From: Candidatus Wukongarchaeum yapensis
GTDB taxonomy: Archaea > Asgardarchaeota > Wukongarchaeia > Wukongarchaeales > Wukongarchaeaceae
Assembly: GCA_016840425.1 (NCBI GenBank)
Contig: JAEOSI010000067.1
Span: 1 to 9,914 of the forward strand
DNA: 9,914 bases
Direction: 5' to 3'
Under the pieces are notes generated by a model. The model was not told the origin of the DNA and ran no database searches. It saw nothing but the letters and a program-made list of their open reading frames with translations. Below, in pieces: positions 6,994 through 9,914 of the stretch. Every line of letters starts with the position of its first letter. Position 1 is the first letter of the stretch. The translations under genes were made by a program, and so were the position numbers.

Positions 6994-8493
6994 TTTAAAT
7001 CCTACCGACCTACAATAAAATTTCTTAATGAAGAGTTGTTAGAAGAAGTTGTTTCCGAAGCTTTCGACATCCTAGAGAATATAGGGATTTTCGTAGAGAA
7101 CGCCGAACTTTTCTCGTTATTTAAGAAGGGGAGTGATACCTTTAATTCGTCACATTATCAAGGTGTGCGTACTGATCACGCAAATAACCGGGTTTTTATA
7201 CCCCAAAAAATGGTTGAAGAAGCCCTTGAAACTGTTCCTTCCATGGTTAAGGTTTATGATCGTGAAGGAAAGTTAACCATCACTTTAGAAGGGGAAAACG
7301 TCTATTTTAACCCTGGAAGTACTGCTACCAAGATCCTTGACCCTATTACCAACCTAATTAGACCAGCTGAAACCAAAGATTATGTAACATTTACAATGGT
7401 TGTAGATGCCCTAAAACACATAAAGTTTCAAAGCACTGCTATCATCTGTAGCGATGTCCCTGAGCCTATAAGTGATCGATACAGGCTCTATCTAAGCCTC
7501 TTGTTCTCCTCAAAACCGATAGTAACGGGTACTTTTCGTGCTGAAAGCTTTGAAATAATGAAAAAAATGCTCCTATCTGTCCGAAATGGGGATGCAGAAG
7601 AGCTTCGTAAAAAACCTTTAGCAATTTTTGATGTTTGCCCTTCTTCTCCTCTTAAATGGAGCAATTTGGGCAGTCAAACCCTGATTGATTGTGCAAAAGC
7701 CGGTATCCCCATAGAACTTGTTTCAATGCCAATTAGTGGCGCGGTTGCCCCAGTAACCCTCCTCGGATCCTTAGTTCAACATACTGCTGAGAATTTAAGC
7801 GGAATTGTAATCTCGCAACTTTTAAAACCCGGATCTCCCGTTATTTATGGTGGAAGTCCCTCCATCATGGAAATGTGGCATGGCACCACCCCTATGGCAG
7901 CAATAGAATCCATAATGATGAATATGGCCTGTTCTCAGGTTGGAAAATACGTTGGTCTGCCTACTCATGGTTATTTAGGTCTTAGTGATGCAAAAACTCT
8001 AGATGAACAATGTTTTTTGGAGGCGGGGATCAGTATAATTTCTGCTGCTTTAGCCGGTATAAACGTGGTCTCTGGACCTGGAATGTTAAACTTTGAAAGT
8101 TGTCAAAGTGTTGAAAAACTTGTTATCGACCATGAGGCTTGCGGGATGGCTTACAGGCTTATAGACGGTTTCACCAAAAGGGAGAAAATCATGGTTAGAG
8201 AAGTGCTCAAAGATTTTGAAGAAACTGGTGAACTGCTCTCTCACAAAAGTACAAGAAAATGGTTTAAAAAAGAGTTTTACTTTCCCTCCGTTGTTGTGGA
8301 TAGGTCTAATTTGGGTGCTTGGATAAAAGGTGGAAGAAAGACTGCAAGGCAACGGGCAATGGAGCTTATTAAACAAATATTGGCCGAACGAGAAGAAATA
8401 TCTCTCGATGGAGAAATTGTGCAAAACCTTAAGGATATGATGGAAAAAGATGCTTCATCACATGGTCTAAACAAGCTACCAAAAATACAATAA
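6991..8493 (+). CDS. mttB: Trimethylamine methyltransferase (MttB) superfamily protein, non-pyrrolysine type
   Basis: Motifs SPLKW, PISGAVAPVTLLGSLVQHTAENLSGIVISQL, PGSPVIYGG, GLSDAK, ALAGINVVSGPGML, EKLVIDHE and DRSNLGAWIKGG; 500 aa; RBS AGGTGG. The symbol denotes the family, not proven trimethylamine specificity. Confidence 0.92.
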   Translation: MFKSYRPTIKFLNEELLEEVVSEAFDILENIGIFVENAELFSLFKKGSDTFNSSHYQGVRTDHANNRVFIPQKMVEEALETVPSMVKVYDREGKLTITLEGENVYFNPGSTATKILDPITNLIRPAETKDYVTFTMVVDALKHIKFQSTAIICSDVPEPISDRYRLYLSLLFSSKPIVTGTFRAESFEIMKKMLLSVRNGDAEELRKKPLAIFDVCPSSPLKWSNLGSQTLIDCAKAGIPIELVSMPISGAVAPVTLLGSLVQHTAENLSGIVISQLLKPGSPVIYGGSPSIMEMWHGTTPMAAIESIMMNMACSQVGKYVGLPTHGYLGLSDAKTLDEQCFLEAGISIISAALAGINVVSGPGMLNFESCQSVEKLVIDHEACGMAYRLIDGFTKREKIMVREVLKDFEETGELLSHKSTRKWFKKEFYFPSVVVDRSNLGAWIKGGRKTARQRAMELIKQILAEREEISLDGEIVQNLKDMMEKDASSHGLNKLPKIQ

Positions 8494-8513
8494 TGAGAAG
8501 TTTTTAGATTCTT

Positions 8514-8649
8514 TCAGAATTTTTCCCACCATTTCAATACTCTTAGGGCCCTTAAGGTGTTCCAACGACTCGGCTCACCTACAGTTTCCATGTCAAACCA
8601 TGTTTTTCCCCCTATGTTTTTGCTGGAGAGTCCATTTACCGTTTTTTTC
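8514..8649 (-). pseudogene. 3'-terminal fragment of a prenyltransferase/squalene-cyclase-like conserved protein, frameshifted
   Basis: Reads KKNGKWTLQQKHRGK, then after a one-base shift in an A5 run TWFDMETVGEPSRWNTLRALRVLKWWEKF* (TGA 8516-8514). This matches a conserved C-terminal motif recalled as GxW...GKxWFxMExxGxPSRWNTLRALRVL. Confidence 0.7.
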
Positions 8650-8792
8650 TTTTTTTCCTTTTTCTTTTGTGTCTGCTATGACTAGTAGTAGTGATTTGAG
8701 TTTTTTTCTTAGGAGGGATTTTAGGGTTTCGAAGTCGTAGTAGGCTATTGTTTCGTCTTCTTGTGTTATGTAGACTTGTTGTTTTCGAAGTC
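8650..8792 (-). pseudogene. Internal fragment of an MvaI/BcnI-family restriction endonuclease
   Basis: Reads (DFEN)xQVYITQEDETIAYYDFETLKSLLRKKLKSLLLVIADTKEKGKK, resembling the recalled family segment xAYWxFExLxxxLxKKLxxLxxVxADx; both ends missing. Confidence 0.6.
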
Positions 8793-9020
8793 ATGACAAG
8801 CAATGTTCAAAAGAAGCACGTTTTGGCATACGATAAATGCCCCAATCCAGTAGCTTTGATTATACCATGGAAATTAAAGATAAAAGAGATATTAAAGCTT
8901 GTAAGAAAACACTCAAAGAACGACAACATAGAGGTTTTTGCATTTTCAGAAATTGACAAGATCCTCGCCTATCTGAGGACTGGAAACACAGCAGAAGCTT
9001 ACAAACATCCTCGAAAATGA
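8793..9020 (+). pseudogene. Probable 3' fragment of an unidentified gene, or a small ORF
   Basis: MTSNVQKKHVLAYDKCPNPVALIIPWKLKIKEILKLVRKHSKNDNIEVFAFSEIDKILAYLR...; alpha/beta-like pattern. The ORF-track upstream part (8748-8792) is the antisense of the MvaI/BcnI-like fragment. Confidence 0.35.
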
Positions 9021-9183
9021 TATGTTTTCGTTATTCTTGTCAAATTCTTGTGAATATTTGGTTATCTTTTGCTGTTTTTGTTTTTCTGGTTTCAGTATTC
9101 TGCTGAGATTTTCAAACTCTTCTAAATCGACGCTTTTTTTTAGTTTTTCTTTTTTTATTCGTTTGGAAGCCTAATATATTCAC
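9021..9183 (-). pseudogene. Possible frameshifted 5' fragment of an unknown gene
   Basis: Purine-rich RBS-like GGAGAGGGGGG before GTG 9183 (MNILGF...), then in another frame RIKKEKLKKSVDLEEFENLSRILKPEKQKQQKITKYSQEFDK. Confidence 0.3.
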
Positions 9184-9201
9184 TTTTACCCCCCTCTCCA
9201 T

Positions 9202-9260
9202 AAAGTTTATATAAGGCATATATTATATGGCATACCTATTTAATAAGATAAGGTAAGGAG
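9202..9260 (+). promoter_or_regulatory. Archaeal-type promoter and RBS upstream of tnpB
   Basis: AAAG followed by TTTATATAA (9206-9214), inverted repeat CATATA-T-TATATG (9217-9229), and AAGGTAAGGAG immediately before ATG 9262. Confidence 0.55.
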
Positions 9261-9914
9261 TATGAAGACCGGTTATCAGGTGATAAACTACAAATTCAGG
9301 CTGTATCCGACCAAAGAGCAGGAAGAAAAGATGTTGGAAGTCCTTGATAGGTGTAGGTTTGTCTACAACAAAATGTTAGAAGGTTTGAACAAACAAGATA
9401 AACCGAGTTGGTTAGAGTTGCAAAACTCGCTTCCAGAGTTAAAAGAACAGTATCCAGAACTGAAAAAGGTTTATTCTAAAGCTCTCCACTATGAACCATA
9501 CAGGTTGTTCTCAAATCTTAGAGGTTTGGCAAGGCTTAAGAAGAACGGTAAAAAAGTAGGGAGACTTAGGTTCAAAGGTAAAGGATGGTTCAAAACCTTT
9601 ACGTATAACCAGAAAGGTTTCAAAATCATAGAAACTGGTAAGAGATGTGAACTTTTACACTTATCGAAGATTGGGGATATAAAGGTCAGGATGCATAGAA
9701 AGGTGGAAGGGAAGAAGATAAAACAGGTAACAGTAAAGAGGTATAGTTCTGGTAAATGGTATGCTTTTGTTTGTTGTGAACAAACCATTCCTGATAAAAA
9801 AGGGATTGAAAAAGGTGTAGGGATTGATGTGGGCATAATCCACTACGTTACCGATACTTGTGGCAGACAAATAGAACACCCTCTTTATCTAAACAAATCT
9901 TTGAAAAGTTTGAG
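9206..9914 (+). mobile_element. IS200/IS605-family element, apparently tnpB-only (IS1341-like); left boundary approximate
   Basis: tnpB with no HUH (tnpA) or serine-recombinase ORF recognisable upstream on either strand. Confidence 0.7.
9262..9914 (+). CDS. tnpB: IS200/IS605-family TnpB RNA-guided endonuclease, 5' part (truncated by window)
   Basis: N-terminal YKFRLYPTKEQEEKMLEVLDRCRFVYNKML, then LKEQYPELKKVYSKAL, GRLRFKGKGWFKTFTYNQKGF, LHLSKIGDI, KQVTVKRYSSGKWYA and RuvC-I VGIDVG (Asp codon 9826-9828); frame open to the window end. Confidence 0.96.
   Translation, partial: MKTGYQVINYKFRLYPTKEQEEKMLEVLDRCRFVYNKMLEGLNKQDKPSWLELQNSLPELKEQYPELKKVYSKALHYEPYRLFSNLRGLARLKKNGKKVGRLRFKGKGWFKTFTYNQKGFKIIETGKRCELLHLSKIGDIKVRMHRKVEGKKIKQVTVKRYSSGKWYAFVCCEQTIPDKKGIEKGVGIDVGIIHYVTDTCGRQIEHPLYLNKSLKSL

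Noticed and set aside
3217-8513. Integron-like cassette array
   Set aside because: Genes lie in mixed orientations, I found no paired attC core sites or integrase, and the repeats sit upstream of genes, not downstream.
8775-8796. LVVFEVM as a degenerate PD-(D/E)XK motif in ORF 8748-9020
   Set aside because: These bases are better explained as the antisense of the MvaI/BcnI-like fragment.
8086-9879. ORF-track calls 8086-8424, 8277-8474, 9489-9836 and 9661-9879
   Set aside because: Antisense shadows of mttB and tnpB.

Overview
AT-rich prokaryotic window, probably archaeal (inferred from TTTATATA-type boxes, GGTG/GGAG ribosome-binding sites, a 31-aa HEAT-repeat protein and a non-pyrrolysine MttB homologue). 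Intact genes: MacB/FtsX-type ABC permease and ATPase (1237-3216), a gamma-glutamylcyclotransferase-fold protein (3377-3772, -), a HEAT-repeat protein (4737-5702), an MttB-family methyltransferase (6991-8493) and the 5' part of an IS200/IS605-family tnpB (9262 to window end). Between them lie broken genes that the ORF track misses: a one-repeat MMPL/RND gene with an internal deletion and frameshift (1-972, -); a divergent HTH / unknown ORF / ribbon-helix-helix module with a frameshift, a lost start and an ochre stop, centred on a perfect palindrome (5735-6864); and a chain of gene fragments (8514-9183). The most unusual non-coding feature is a ~150-bp module present twice (~76% identical by hand alignment). 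Each copy starts at GTCGACAAATCCCCA and ends at AATTATG; one copy leads directly into the mttB start codon. All family assignments come from motif recall and hand translation, not database searches.
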